Shown in pieces: positions 23,082 through 36,800 of a stretch of 64,000 nt of DNA (position 1 is its first letter; the number at the start of each line of letters is the position of its first letter). This stretch comes from Lama guanicoe (lineage: Eukaryota): assembly GCA_013239625.1 (NCBI GenBank), contig MU057344.1, positions 9,150,727 to 9,214,726 of the forward strand, in the 5' to 3' direction. Below the pieces are notes generated by a model. It saw only the letters and a list, made by a program, of their open reading frames with translations, did not search any database and had not been told where the DNA came from. A program made the translations under genes and the position numbers.

Positions 23082-23293
23082 CAGGGGTTGGCTAACTACA
23101 GCCCTGGGGCCGAATCTGGCCCACAGCTTGCTTTTGTAAATAAAGTTTTATTGGTACACAGCCATGCACATTTTATCTGGCTGCTTTGGTGCTACAACAT
23201 AGAGTTGAGTAGCTCTGACCCAGATCACGTGGCCTGCAAAGCTGAGAATATTTGCTGTCTTGCCCTTGGCAGAAAGATGTGTTCTGATCCCTG
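23082..23293 (+). mobile_element. MER58A
   Basis: caggggttggctaactacagccc ... gtaaataaagttttattgg ... gatccctg. Flanks ccctagac / ttctggac resemble a Charlie TSD. Confidence 0.85.
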
Positions 23294-25209
23294 TTCTGGA
23301 CCAACCCCTGTCACGCAGAACGGGTGTAGACAGAACTTGTGGTGGACAGTCTGAAAGGGCTCAAGCCTGAGAATTTAACTCGGACACACACTTCCTTGCT
23401 GGCACTTTCGATGCTACGTGGTGCCTTGGTTCTCTCATATCCTCCCCTCTCCCCACCACGCCATACACACATCCAGCACGGGTTGCTTCAGAAAGCATTT
23501 GGAATAGATCTGAAAGTCCTAGGAAGGTCTGTAGCTGTACCACTCTGCATGCTCCCGATCTCGTCTGAAAGTCCCAGGAAGGATGGGGTTCCCACTGTGT
23601 GCCCGGGTCTGTGCACCTGAGCTGGGCAAGATCGCACCTGTCTCCTCCTCCTGGCAGGTTGATGATGCATTTCCTACTTAATGGGTGAACTTAAGATGTT
23701 GGCAGAGTTGGGACTTAAACCTGGGTTGGCCAACCACAAAGCCTGTACCCGAAATGGCAATCCCGTGGCTTCTGCAGAGGGTTTTTAAAGAAGTGTGTCT
23801 TGTCTTCCTCAAGGGTTTGGAGGAGAGAGCAGCCTTCTGGCTCTTTCTTGGCTTTGATGCTGTTGCCCGCCCTTTCCCCCTCCGTGGTCCTACACCTCAC
23901 TTCAGAAGGCTTAGTCCTACACATTTAATTCCCTTCTCTTTCTAAGCACCTGACCCAAATTTCTTCCCCTTTCTTTTGGCCCAAAAATGGCAGGTGAGAT
24001 GTTAGCCCGGACAGGTGAGCGGGACCGATGGGGGCCGCCATCCTCTAGTCCTCCTGCCTGACCTTCTGCAGGTGGGAGCCCAAGGCCGCACTCCCAGGCA
24101 GGCCACTGGCTGACCCCACAGCATCCTGCATCGCCTGGTCTCCTTCTGTTCCTAGCACGTTACTGAGGATGTTGGGAGGAATTCGGAGGGGATGGGCAGT
24201 CTAGACTCAAGCTGGTGTACTGTTGGTCTGCTTGTAGCTGAATAACTCTGTTGCCCATCTCCTCCTTGGATCCCAAAATATTTGACGGGGAAGATCCTCT
24301 GACCTGGTGTTCGCTTGTGTCTCTGCCGAGGGCTCTTGACTCATCCCTCAGCCTGACAGTCTGTTGTTTGGGGGACCCCAGCTTGCAAGCCATCTCTTGC
24401 TCTGACTTGCTAAGCTGCCCCTGTGTCATCCTAGGCGATTTCCAGCTGGTCCCATTTGGGTGGGAAGCATGTCCACAGGGTTACTTTGCTTGACCAGAAT
24501 GACTAAAGTCATTCTGCCCAATATGTCCCGCTGATGCTGCAGGAATCCAGGCCCTGCTCAAGGGGGAAGGTGGAAGGGAGGAGAGGACAGGAAGGTGACA
24601 AGACTTAAGCACATGGATGGCTGCTGTTCTGCACCGCCTCTGGGTTGCAGCTCAGAAGCCACCCTGAAAGTTCTCCATTTGCCCCATCAGCTATAGTCAG
24701 TCCCCGGCTCCATCCCGTGTAGAAACTCAGACAAATGCAAGTCATATCTGTCAGTCTGTTGCATAAGTCAGGCTGATATCTGGAGCCAGAGTCTGGTCAT
24801 CTTCTGACTTTATTACCTTGTTCCTTCTGAAGGCTGCCAGCTGAACCCCCTCTCCTGCCTTTTGAGCAATACAGGGACCCGTCTGAATGCAGAACATATT
24901 TATTTAGAAGCCACTTGCCATGTTTATAACCAAGAGAGGAGAGCACTAAGATTTATGGCATCGATCATGAGCCGAACACACTGGAGCTTTTGCAGAAGTG
25001 GAACAGGTAAAGATGAGCCAAGAGGAAGGAGTCCTGTGCCCTGTCTTTCCATCAGCGGGAATGGGGACGTGGTTTTAAGGTCTCCTTTTAGATCCCCAAG
25101 AGGTGGTTATAGAGGACCTGTTTCTTGCCTGGCTGTTTCTTTAGTGGGAACAGTATGTCTCAATATTCTAGATAAGAAATTATCCTAGTGACTGTGGGCA
25201 ATTGAGCGT

Positions 25210-25440
25210 AACCATAGCTGACGCTTACTGGATGCTTATTCTAGGATGGTCATTATGCTAAGTGTTTACATGGTACCTAAATTCATCCTTGTCACGTCCT
25301 CATAAGGCAAATAAAATCATCCCCATTTTATAGATGAAGACATTGAGGCCCATAAAGGGAGGTATTTCTTTTACCTAGTGAGTGGTTGAGTCAGAATTTG
25401 AATTCAAGCCATCTGGATCCCAAGTGTCTACTTTTTCCTG
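25210..25440 (-). mobile_element. MIR
   Basis: atccccattttatagatgaagacattgaggccc ... agaatttgaattcaag. Confidence 0.75.
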
Positions 25441-26454
25441 TTAGATTCTGTCATCCAGACGCTGTCAAATTTCCCAGCTCCTCCAGGAATTCGTCTCCAG
25501 AGATGTTTGTTGAACATCTGTGCCAGCAAATGAACGTCTGCAGAATGAATGTGGAATCTGCAACGACCAGAGCTACTGAAGGGAACTTCCACCCTCCAGG
25601 ACGTTGTAGCTTAAAGGGGGAGTGACCCGGGTCCTCTGTATCCATGGTACTATTCCTAATGCCTTGTGCCGTGCTGTGCTCCGATTCCTGTTCATCGATG
25701 CCTTCTTCGTTAGCCTCTGGGCTTCCTAAGGTTGGGCACTGTCGTCTTGGTTGTCTTGGAGTCCTCCAGACCTCCAGTGGTATTGGCAACATTGCAGTTT
25801 TCATCAGTAAGACATTGACATGTCTGTTTTAAACTAAACTATTTGTCCTTTTACAGGGTGGCTGCCACCCCCATGAGAAGCTCTTAGCACAATAAAATGG
25901 TATTAGTGGAATCTGGCAAAACAAAACTGTGCTTATGTTCGTTCTCTTTCTCAAGACTGATCCTTAGCCCTCGCGTTAGCTTGCAGAATCAAGGGCGGCC
26001 GGGAAAGCAGTGCGTCCCAGTAGAGCCTCAGGCTGATCAAATCAACACTTAACTCCAGGCTCTTAAAGAGAAAGCAATCTACTTTCTGGGTGTCCTGGAC
26101 ATAGTGGTGGCACCTGACACTCATTGTCCTCTTCCAGTGTCACCTCCCTGCCCGATCTTCCATCTTCAATCCAGAGATAGAATTTTCTCAGCATCCCAGT
26201 GATCTCCTTACGATGCAGGTACTGTCAGCCACCTCCCCGGACTGCACCTTGACCTCAGAAGTTCCCACCAATGGTGCTTGTCAAGGGGAAAGCAACAGGG
26301 GCGAGTTGGGTCCTTACAGCCTTGAAGTAAGCAGCCTGGGTACGTGCCCCAGCTTGTGGGCAGCACGGTTTTCCCACTGTCGTTACGCCAGAAGCAGAGG
26401 CTGGTCTCTTACTGGCTTATTTCTTCTTGTCAGAGGCAGGGGCATGTGGTTATT

Positions 26455-26680
26455 CATTCAGACTTAAGAGTTCAGTTGTTTGGGTTCAAATCTCAGGTCT
26501 GCTATTCACTGGTTGTGTGGCCTTAGGCAGGTTCCTTAACCTCTCTGTGCACTGGCTTCGTCATATGTAAAATGAGGATAACAGTAGCTACTTCATAGGG
26601 TTGTGTGGGTCTGACGGTGAGTCACTATGTATGGAGTGTTTATCACGGTGCTCGGCACAGAACGCATTATGTATAAACAT
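26455..26680 (+). mobile_element. MIR
   Basis: tgggttcaaatctcagg ... ccttaggcaggttccttaacctctctgtgc ... gtaaaatgaggataa. Confidence 0.8.
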
Positions 26681-26687
26681 TTCCTCT

Positions 26688-27030
26688 CTGTCTTCATCAG
26701 GCTGTTCTCACAAAACAGCACAGACTAGGTGACTTAAACAGAAAACATTTCATTGCATAGTTCTGGAGGCTGAAGAGCCTGAGGTCAGGGTGCCAGCAGG
26801 TCTGGTGTCTGGTGAGGGCCCTCTTCCTCGTTTGCAGACAGCCGTCTTCTCGCTGCGTCCTCCTGTGGCCCAGAGCAGAGAGAGAAGCCAGCTCTCCGGT
26901 CTCTTCTGAAAAGGGCTCCCATCCCGTTCATGATGGCCCCACCCTCACGACCCCATCACCTCCCAGAGACTCCTAATACCTCCTCATAGCATCACCAACA
27001 GGTGAATTTGGGGAGTTCACAACACTGTCA
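26688..27030 (-). mobile_element. MaLR solo LTR (MLT1A-like)
   Basis: agttctggaggctg ... ggtgtctggtgagggccctcttcct ... atcacctcccagag. Confidence 0.82.
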
Positions 27031-27177
27031 TTGTTACGATTTCTTATTAGCATATCGCCCTATCGTGCTTGGCGAGACGAAGCTTGGTAACACCAGGAAT
27101 TAAAACATTCCTTATGGTCATGTCTTTCAGAACAGTACAAAGTTGCTGCTTTTCCCCTTTGGCTAATCATTGCAGTT

Positions 27178-27229
27178 ACACACACATACACACACACACA
27201 CACACAGACACTCACACACTCACTCACTC
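27178..27229. repeat. (CA)n microsatellite, imperfect
   Basis: acacacacatacacacacacacacacacagacactcacacact. Confidence 0.9.
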
Positions 27230-30200
27230 AATATTTTTCCTTTCTTTGACTCCCAAGGTCAGGAAACAACAGATCTGTGAGAACGTCCATCCACCAGTCA
27301 CAGAAGGGCGTTTATTTAAAGATCCTCGTTGGACCCAGCATACCTGGACCAGGCCTCGTTCGTGTCTTTCCGCCTGGTATAATTATTAAGAGCGCCTACG
27401 TTCATCTTGAGCATGTCCTTGTTTGCATGATAAACTACATAGTTGGCCTTAATAAGGGGCAGCTGAATAAATAAAATCCAAACGTTACCTAAACAAAATG
27501 TGGAGCATCTGATCTTGGAGGAAGCCGTCTAAGGTTAAAAGACAGTCAGCGGAAGACGCGAATATTTGGTTTGGAACAGGAGCCAGACGGGTCGGGTGGG
27601 CTGGGCGACACTTCTCAGCAGTACTGGGTGGGGGCTGTCCACGTCGCCGGGTCTGATTCTCCAGGACGAACCCAGAGTCCCCATATTCCTACAGAACCCC
27701 CAGTTCTTGGAGAAGCGCGTCACCGAAGGAGAGATTTCAGATCCTGGAGGGTCAAACCCTGGCAGCTGTGTCCCGCCTGAGGGCCAGCAGGTTGCGGTCT
27801 CTGTTTCACACCCTCAGTTCTGTCGTCAGGGCCCTTGTTCAGTTTGCAGGCTGCTTCTGGCCCGAGTGCTACACCTGCTGTTTGCTTTCCGGTTCCCTTT
27901 GCCTTTCCTTGAGTAGCTTAAGAGCTCTAGATGGAGGCCCCAACTCCGGTTCTGGTCCATACTCCCTCGCATAACAAACGCGGTCTTGCTGGGGCCGCGG
28001 ACCGTCTCAGGCCCGTTTGTGCGACGGCCTGCACCTCTGGGCACTGCCATAGACATGCTTTACTTGAGCTGTGAGCGTCTGCTCCCTCGTCTGGGTCGTG
28101 AGGACCTGGAGAAGGCTGGGCAGCAGACAGAGAATAGAGACAAACAGGAAGCCCATAATCCGGAGGCTCCATGACATTCCAATTTTTGACGAGAGGTTGT
28201 GTGGGTCCAGAGTGGGCAGGCGGGAGCCGCCACGGAATGGAGGGTCTTAGCCAGACCATTCATGCGTGTCCCCAGGCAGCCCTGGGTGGTCGGGCACGGA
28301 GCTGGCTCTCTGCTCGTGATGGCGGCACTGAGGACAAGGGGCATCTCGAATTGGTGGGTTCATGGGCACAGCTGATTAAGAAAGGAAATGGCCCGTTTGT
28401 GGGAGAATGTGTTAGAGACTCTGCTTTGCCCTTGGTTTGCTCTTCAGAAAACGCTGGAGTTAAATGACGGATGGGTTTCTCATTGGAAGGTCGCTTAGGT
28501 GGGAAGAGCCCACCGAGGAGGGGGGACTGCGAAAGTGCTCTTTCCTGCCCAGGGCATCCTTAGGTTTCAGACTTGATCTCATCCTTGGCCACATTCTCAT
28601 TAGGTCCTATGTGGTTACCTGCTCTAGCTTCTGAAAAACTTAAGAGTTGATTCTCCTCATCTGTGATCCCAAATCCCTACCAGGTAAACCTTTAAATCCA
28701 GGGCAAAGCTCCTAACCAGACAAGCTTCCCCCATCTCTCTCCAACGGAGAAATGAAATGGAGTGGCTGTAGCCGTAACAAATCTGAAGGAAAAGCGCGTT
28801 CCCCTGCGATGGTCCTCCTCCCGTGTGGCTGGTGGGTGAGTGAAGCCCCGCCCACAGTGGGAATCACCAGGCAGCGGAAGGTGAGGAGGGGTTCCATTCG
28901 GATCAACTGGAAACCCCAAAGCAATAAGGGTTACTTGAAGACTTAAAACTGACCATGTGATGTTTGGAGTAGGGGAGATCATAAAAGTCCTGCTGTAAAA
29001 GACTGTGAAAGAGTGAAAACAATATACTAGTGATGTATTAGGATTCCCGCCTCCCCATTCCCACCGCTACCTTTTGGACCTTGACAAATAACCCATTTCT
29101 GGTTTTATTATAGTCTTAAACCACATCTTTCTTCATCAGCTCCTTTGACCAATTCCAGTCTCATCTGTCCTTCCAAGGATGTAAGGAATAAGCTGGATGA
29201 AACAGACATAGTCTTGGTTTTTCCCAGGAAGTAAATGCGCTTTCATTGATCCTGTACAGCAACTATCCTCTCGAGGTCCTGTATTTACGTTTCATTTTAA
29301 CCTATCGGGTCTAGTGTCAGTGCCACTAAGAGGGAGCCCCAGCCTCAGACACCAAAGGGAAAGTCCCATCTAAGGATGAAGGCAAAGCTGAGAGGGTAGC
29401 CAGGTGTCCAGGCTGGGCTCCCCTTGCACGCACTTCAGGGTTTCTCAAAACTTGACGTCTTCTCTTTGATCCCCCTGAAGTTGTTATGAGTTACAGTGAG
29501 GGGAGTTAGGATACTTGCAGAGGGGACCGATTAGGGGACAGGAGTGAAGGGGAAAGGGAGGAGGTTGTCTCCATCCCTCCTGGCTCAGGGCACTAGAGGG
29601 GCGATGTGATGTGGGAAGAGAGCCGGTTCTTAGAGATTTAAAGGGATTGCAGGCTAGTTTGAGAGAGAGGTGCTCCTGGGGACTTGAAAAAGCCACAGCC
29701 TTGGCCTTGATCCCTTGGTGAGAAGTGAATCTGAAAAGGAATTTATGTGGTGGGTCCCCCTGAATTTCTGCAGTGACCTCAGCTTTGGTGCAGAAGGGAG
29801 CACCAGGGGTGACTAGACTCCAAGAGGTGGTCGGAGCTCCCAGAATTTGGTCATAAGAGACATGGGTCACCCCTAAGGGCTGTTGGGAGACTCAGAAGTC
29901 TACTAGGGAGAACAGAAAGGTTTGGGGACAAGACAAGGTCTACCACCTGATCAGAGCTCCAAACGAAGCAGCTGTCCAAAGGGCTGGGCGGAGGGACTAG
30001 ATTTGGTCCAGCCCGAGGAGTGGAGGCTGGGGAGGCCGGAGACAGACCTGGGACATGCCCTGGGATGCTGGAGGCCAGCACACACCTTCGGCGGCACAGA
30101 CGAAATCTACAGCACGGAGACAGGTGAAAAAGGAAGTAGTCCCTTAGGAAGGGAACCCTTACACCACCTCCCCACCTCCAACAGGCAGCACCCCCACTGC

Positions 30201-31374
30201 CAGTTAAGCAGGGAATATTGAAGGGACAACTCCAAGGTTTGAAGAGTTGGAGTCTAGAGACCAGGCCAGTGACGGCTGAGATGATCAGAAGTGGTTGGGA
30301 CCAGTCTACAGAAAGGACTCTGCAGAAGGAGCTGCAGAGTTTTCAGTCTTATTTTGTCCTGTGTTATTGAATGAGGTCAGCTGGATATAGATCTCTAGGT
30401 TGGCTTGTTGTGTGACATTCTCCTGGCTTCTCTTGTCGCTGTTGGCCTCTGTTGATCTAGGGGTCATTTCTCTGTAGGCCACCTCCCTTTTCTGTGAATT
30501 TGCTTTTAAAATACTTGTCCTGGAAGCCACGTCATTTTGCTGCAACGTGCCTGGGAATGGATCTAATTTTATTGATCTTGTTTGGGGTTTGTGGTTCTCA
30601 GATCTGAAGATTGGTGTCTCAGTTCTGGAAAATGATAGCCACTTATTTCTTTGAACACTGATTCTCTCGCCTTCTTTCTGCTCCCCCTAATCCCCCTAGA
30701 AAGTCCTTAGAGACTTGAGTTGGACTTCTCAATCTGACCTCTTTTTCATATTCTCCGTTTTTGTCTTTCTGCTGCACTCTGGGTAATGACTTAAAAAACA
30801 TCTTCTGGTTCATTAATTTTCTTTCTAGCTGAGTCTAATCTTCTGCTTATCTTCAGGCAATCAGGTTTTCATTTAATTGATGTCTTTTTCCCCCAAACCT
30901 CTAGAAGTTCTACTTGAGTAGTTTTTAAATCTTCCAGGTGTTCCTTTTTCAAAAGTAGTCTCTTGTCTTGCTCTCGAGTTTATGTTTATTTAACCATTTA
31001 AAATCACAGTTATGTGTCTGGCAGTCTAAGGTGCAGTTCTTCTGTTTTTCTGTTGACTCATGTCCAGAATAGCTGATTACCTCATGTACTTTGTACGTTT
31101 GGATTTTGAGCTCATGTTTGGGATTTTTGTCTGGGAGATAACATTACTGTAGGTAATGTGGATTTTTGAGCTGGAGATTTCCTCGAGCCTCCAGGTAGAA
31201 TGAATTTGAACCCAAACCCATTTGAGGGTAGGCTTGGAATAAAGAGCTACTCAGGGAGATCACCCTCTTGCCCGTCTCAGACCAGGACTCAGACCCTGTT
31301 TCCCTTTGCTTGTGTGCAGGACCTTTTTCCAAGTGCCCTCTTTCCCTGATGGTGAAGCCCTCTAAGACTGGCTT

Positions 31375-31444
31375 GTGAGTGTGAGTGTATGTGTGTGTGT
31401 GTGGGCGTGGGCGTGCTTGTGTGTGTGTGTGTGTGTGTGTGTGC
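31375..31444. repeat. (TG)n microsatellite, compound
   Basis: gtgagtgtgagtgtatgtgtgtgtgtgtgggcgtgggcgtgcttgtgtgtgtgtgtgtgtgtgtgtgtgc. Confidence 0.9.
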
Positions 31445-31620
31445 GCTGCAGTTCTAACTCCTCTGCCCAGCGTAACCTAAGGCCACGTGACCGGCCCCAC
31501 ATGCCAGTTCAGCTCCAGCATCCACGTCACAAGACCGGCAGACGCCCCTGCGCCGCCCGAGTGCTAGGGCATGCCATCACTCTGGTTTTCGATTTTGTAT
31601 TTCTTCGTTGGTTTGTTGGG

Positions 31621-32088
31621 TGTATTGGTTTCCTGTGGCTGCTGTAACAAGTGACCACAAACTTGGTGGCTTAAAACAATACAATCTTAGGTTCTCATTG
31701 CCCTGAAGGCCAGGAGTCTGAAATTAGTATCACTGGACTGAAATCAAGGTGTCGCAGGGCTAGACTCCCTCCAGACTTTGGGGAGAATTCGTTCCTTGTC
31801 TCTTCCCGTGTCCTGTGGCTGCTGGCATCCCTTGACTTGTGTCTGCGTCCCTCCAGTTTCTGCCCCCGTGGGTAACTTTCTCCTTCTTCTGTGTGTGTGT
31901 AAGATCGCTCTCTCTTTCTTATAAGGACACTTGGGATGGCATTTAGGGCCGACCTGGAGAATCCAGAATAGTTTATTATCTCAACACTCTTAGCTTTATC
32001 ACTTCTGCAGAAAGCGTTTTTTTCTTCCAAATAAGGTAACATTTACAAATTCTCGAGATCTCTCAGGGGCCACTTTCAGCCTACCGCA
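31621..32088 (-). mobile_element. MaLR solo LTR (MLT1C/D-like)
   Basis: tgtattggtttcctgtggctgctgtaacaagtgaccacaaacttggtggcttaaaacaa ... ttataaggacacttg. Confidence 0.85.
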
Positions 32089-34918
32089 GTAGACTTCCCT
32101 AACTTTGAGGGCTCAGCTTCATGTAGATAAGGATGCCCATTGTATTTCCAAATGTTTGTAGCAGTTTTTTCCCCAATCCATCGTATTCCCTGGAAAAGGA
32201 AATACACCAAATAATCTCAAAGCTGGAGAGAAAAATGCACAACCCGCTGTGGTGGGAGCCACTCGGGGGGCCAGAGGTTGAAGATGTTAAGGCCTAAGTG
32301 CTGCCTAGCACCAGGGGCGGTGCTTCTCAGACCCCGTGGGGCAAGAGGCTGGGCTTAGCTCATACTAACGGGACAGTGCTGTCTGGAATCGGTGGACTTG
32401 TTGGACTGGTCTAAGTTCCCTTGGCCCACCCCTCCCCAGTCTTTGGTTTACTTTGGCCCGTTCCTGACTTTGCCTCTTGGCTTTCATACGTGTGTGACAT
32501 GCGTGTGTGTGATCCCGGTTTCTGACCCTTAGTATCTTCCATTCTGACAGCCAGAAACAGACCTTGAGTCTGCTCCTTAGTATCCGCTTTGCTTCAGGGA
32601 CTGGACCAAAGTCCTGGGGCGTCTGGAGAACTTACTCTTTGCCAGTGGAGCATCGCCGAAACCAGAACCAGGCAGGACCAGGACTGAGCGTTAAAGCCTC
32701 CTCCGTAGCGCAGGCGTCCCGGCCACAGGAGAGAGCTGAGTGCAGCCCTGAGAACTCTCTGCCGACGCAAAGCCCCGCTCCTGGGGACGGTCGGGCAAAC
32801 TGACCGAGCGGTCACATGGTGCTTCTTGGGATTCTTTGGCAAGGAAGCCTTACCGGCTCGTGTGAAGCCCATTGCGAAGCAAAACGCCCTGTGCCCTTAG
32901 GTGCCACGTGGAGCAGCTCTGGTGGGCTTCCCAGCTCCGTTAACTCAGAGGGAGGGGATACCCTGTGTTGGGTGGCTTTTGTTCCCACCTCTCTTGAAGA
33001 CATGTTCCTGTCCTAAGTTTGTGGCTGCAACCTTGATGACAAGTGTTTTTACAGCTGGGATTCCCCCTGAGAGGTCAGCCCCATCACGAAGCGGAACTCT
33101 TCTAGGACGGTAGGGCACTGCCCCCCGCCTGCCAGGCTGGAGATGCACTTTGTGTCTCTCCCACCAGTATTAGGGGTCCATGGGCTGTGTGTCCCCACAC
33201 GGAGACTGAGTGAGCCCTGGGGAAGGCCCCCCCCCACCCCGGGAGCTGTGTCAGGAATTTGGCAGGGCTCAGTGTTAAACCAGCAGGAACATGCCCAGGG
33301 CTCCAGAAGCGGTGGCGGAATTTAGGGTAAGCCTTCTGAAGGGTGTGTATCGGGGTGCTTGTGCGCGGGGCGGTCAGGGGTTCCTGGAGTGACCTGGGCT
33401 GACATCACCTGGGGCCCTGCCGCCCGCAGGTCCAGGCCCTCCTCTCCGGGAGGAGAATCTAAAGGTAACTGATCCCTGGAGCTGCTGGTGTCATCTCCTC
33501 GCCCAGCTGTCCTTTCACAAACAATCCGCACTTCTGCTGGCCTCACCCATTCTCACAGCGTCTTCTCAGAAACAGAGCTGAACTGCTCTGGCAACCTCCA
33601 GGTTGGATTCTGGGGGGAGCTCAGGCTCCCGGTGAGAAGTTACTGCTTGGGGTGGGAGTAACTCCTCCAACGGTGACATTTTTTTGACTTAGAGAGGAAT
33701 TCGAGTGCCCGAGCTGGGTGAGGTGACGAGGCTGTGTCGTTCATAAAGAAAGGGTGCTCACCCTAAACTAGGGTTCATTCTCTAGAAGAATCACCGGGAT
33801 CCGACACCCATAAGCAGGCTGTAACGCAGATCCTCAGCAGTGGACGTAGAAGGAGCCGAAGGCAGGCAGGGAGCCTTTGCTCTCAGCTGACCTGCAGAAA
33901 CTGAATAATGCAGCCTAAAGAAAGCCCCAGGCACGTTTTAGCAGCTGGCCAGTTTTCCTGCTTGAAACAGAATTTCTGGACTTTGTTTTATGTGAGGACG
34001 TAGTTTATTTTTAGGTCCATCACGGAGGCTGTAAGGTGGGTAGTTCAGAAAGCTGGCCTGCTGGAGATACAGGCCCCATCAACACGCCTCGTGACCAAGA
34101 AGGACTCCGTGGCCTGCTGCAGCAGGAAGGCCCAGCCAGCTGCCTTTGCGGATGGCGAGGAAGCTCACGGGAGAGTCGGGGGGCTTCAGAGGAGGACGCG
34201 CTCCTGCGCACAAAGCCCGTTGCTGTAGGCCCAGGCACAGCCCTTTGGCGTGGCCGCTCTTTGGCTGAGAAGCTCCAGCTGAAAGAGCTGATTCCCCTGG
34301 GTACCAAGTATTCATTAAAACCCAGTTTGTCAGGTGGTAGCACCCTGGTTGTCCCCGATTTAAACAAGAGTCCCTTTGTGGCCAGTGGCACTTGGGAATA
34401 GAACCTCGGAGCCATGCGGAGGCCGGGAGGCAGCCAGGCGGAGCCCACGGCGTTTCTCGGTTGACCCTGATAGAGGAGCCCAGCACCACACAAGAAGAAC
34501 CCCTGCTCTTGCCCTGTTTCTTGCTCCACTAAAGAATCCGGAGGCCTGCACTTCACTTTCAAGGGTCATAAAGTTCTCAAGTGGGGAAGCGGGCCCGAGT
34601 CGGGGTGCTGAACGGGGCATCTGCTGCGCCTGCGGGAGCCCGCGCCCTGGGCCTGTGCTTGGCCTGGATCGCACCACGACCGCGTTGCTCAGGCTTCTGC
34701 GAGCGGAACGCGAAGTGGACATGTGTTTTTTGAGGCCAAAGAGAGAAAGGAGCCGGCCACTGCTCGGGCTGCCTGCCTGAGCTTGCACTTCTGGTTCTTC
34801 CGTCCCGTGCACGGGTGAAACCTCCCGGCTCAGCAGGCGCTTTCTTCTCCTGCGAGATCTCTCCGTGGAGGGAAAGATGGGTGCCTGGGCGGAGTGTAGG
34901 TGTGAAAGTTTCTTATGC

Positions 34919-35352
34919 TCAGCCATAAAAAAGAATAAAATCGTGCCTTTTGCAGCAACATGGACCTAGAGATCGTCATTCTAAGTGAAGTCAGCCAGAA
35001 AGAGAAAGAAAAATACCATTTGATATAATTTATATATGGAATCTTAAAAAAAAACAACTATGAACTCATCTACAAAACAGAAACAGACTCGCAGGCATGG
35101 TATACAATCTTATGGTTACCGGGGAAAGGGGGTGGGAAGGGATAAATTTGGGAGTCTGAGATTTACAAATGTTAGCGACGCTATATAAAAATAGATTTTA
35201 AAAAGTTTCTTCTGTATAGCACAGGGAACTGTGTTCAATATCTTGTAATACCTTTAAGGAAAAAAATACGAAGACGTGTATATGACTGAGACATTGTGCT
35301 GTACACCAGCAATTGACGCGTTGCAATTGATTGTACTTCAATTAAAAAAAAG
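34919..35352 (+). mobile_element. Young lineage-specific 5'-truncated L1 with perfect 13-bp TSD
   Basis: tcagccataaaaaagaataaaat ... tatagcacagggaact ... caattaaaaaaaaa. TSD aagtttcttatgc at 34906-34918 and 35353-35365. Confidence 0.93.
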
Positions 35353-36559
35353 AAGTTTCTTATGCAAACCCTAAGTGACCGAGGCTCCTAGCATCCTTCC
35401 TTGAGTTGTGGGGTTGATGGACACACCATTCAATTGCACCGGTTCCTCGGTGACAACACAGTGTGTCTCGGCAAGAAAAATTCCAGTTTGGGCAACATGG
35501 GGGTAATTTCAGTGAATGACTCTCTGTTTAAGGCGTCTCTCCCCTTCCGGGGATGCCTGACAGTAGAAACATCTGTAAATCTGCAAAAAGCCGCGTGCTG
35601 CTTTCCGGGGGAGAAGGATGGAAGGGACGTATAGGTCTGCCTGTCTTCCCAGGTGGGGAGGGGGCGAGCTGAGTCTGACCTTGGAGGATGGAAAGGTGGC
35701 GAATTTCAGAGCACCTGTCTGGGGTTGTTCTAGCTCAGTCAGGCCTTTTCCCTGAAGGGTCTTGCACCCTGCTTTACGGCCCACCTGTCTCTCCACCCAC
35801 ATTTTCTTCAGAGAATCATGAATCAGTGTTCAGTACTTGGACTTATTCAGGATAAAATGTCTTTCTTGGCTTCTTATGATTAAAGCCTGGCTTGAGAATA
35901 TAGTGGGACTAATTAAGCATTTATGAGCAGAGGAGAATAGTTCTGTCAGCCTTACTGAAAGATTCAGTCTGAGCGAAACCCTGTGAGACTTGGGAAGGGG
36001 GTGGACATGGCAGGGGTGGAAATGTCAGAGGGAGGGCGGAGGCAGCTCGTGGCCCTGTTTTCAGGGCTGGCTTCATGAAATCCATTTCAAATGTTGAGGT
36101 GCGTGGGGCCCTCGGTGAACCCCAGACAGTGGTCGTCAGCCTTATCCCTTGAGTTGGGAAAGCTGGACCCTTGGGCCGGCCTCTTTAAGTGGGTGCCGAC
36201 TCCCGCCCAGTGTCTGGGGGCTTCTTAACCACAGGAAGAGATTATAACCCTTCACGGGTGACTCAGAAGGGTTGGCGTTCTCTTGTTGTGTAATACCAGA
36301 GGAGAACGTCGCTTCTCTCGACAGCTATAAGCATTCTGCCGTTTTGAAAAATCTCATTTTAAAACCCATCCCACGACACCCAGCGCCTTGGAGGCCCAGG
36401 CGGAAGCCTGCGGAGTGGAAAGTTATGTCCTTGAAAAGTCTACGAGACGTGATGGCGGTCTGCAGAGGGGGAAGAGTGGCTGATGAAGATGGTTGTCTGC
36501 CGGGAGTTGGGTCTGGGTTTGAATCACTAGGAGTCCTTTCCAGGTGATTCCGCAGGAGC

Positions 36560-36800
36560 AGGGACGTCAAAGACAAGGGTTTGGTGTCAGAGCTGAGTTC
36601 AAGCTGTGCTCTGCTATTTCTTGATGGTGTGATTTCCAACAGGTTATTTTTCCCCCATTGTAGTTATTTTAAATCTCTCCGAACCACAGCTTTTTGTGTG
36701 AAGTGGCGACAGCACTCCCATCAGGTAGGAGCAATGAGGATTGTATGAACGTGCTCGGGAAGTGTTAGAGGACCATGAACTTGGAGTAAGTAGCAAGGCA
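36560..36800 (+). mobile_element. MIR, diverged
   Basis: tttggtgtcagagctgagttcaag ... ttattttaaatctctccgaaccacag. Confidence 0.55.

Larger units (their letters stand above)
30330..32190 (-). mobile_element. Old L1/HAL1-type 5'/ORF1-region fragments, split by a microsatellite and MLT1
   Basis: agttctggaaaatgatagccacttatttctttgaa, ttctggttcattaattttctttctagctg, tctagaagttctacttg. Confidence 0.55.

Noticed and set aside
24400-24760. Possible very old LTR (LTR33/MLT1-like)
   Set aside because: The resemblance is too weak to assign without a profile search.
33116-33134. CTCF-like motif (reverse complement tggcaggcggggggcagtg)
   Set aside because: It has several mismatches in the core, and such matches are expected by chance in GC-rich DNA.
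34020-34926. Overlapping 120-188-aa ORFs on both strands
   Set aside because: GC-rich sequence with few stops. The translations are low-complexity and Arg/Pro/Ser-rich with no domain, and one starts inside an L1.
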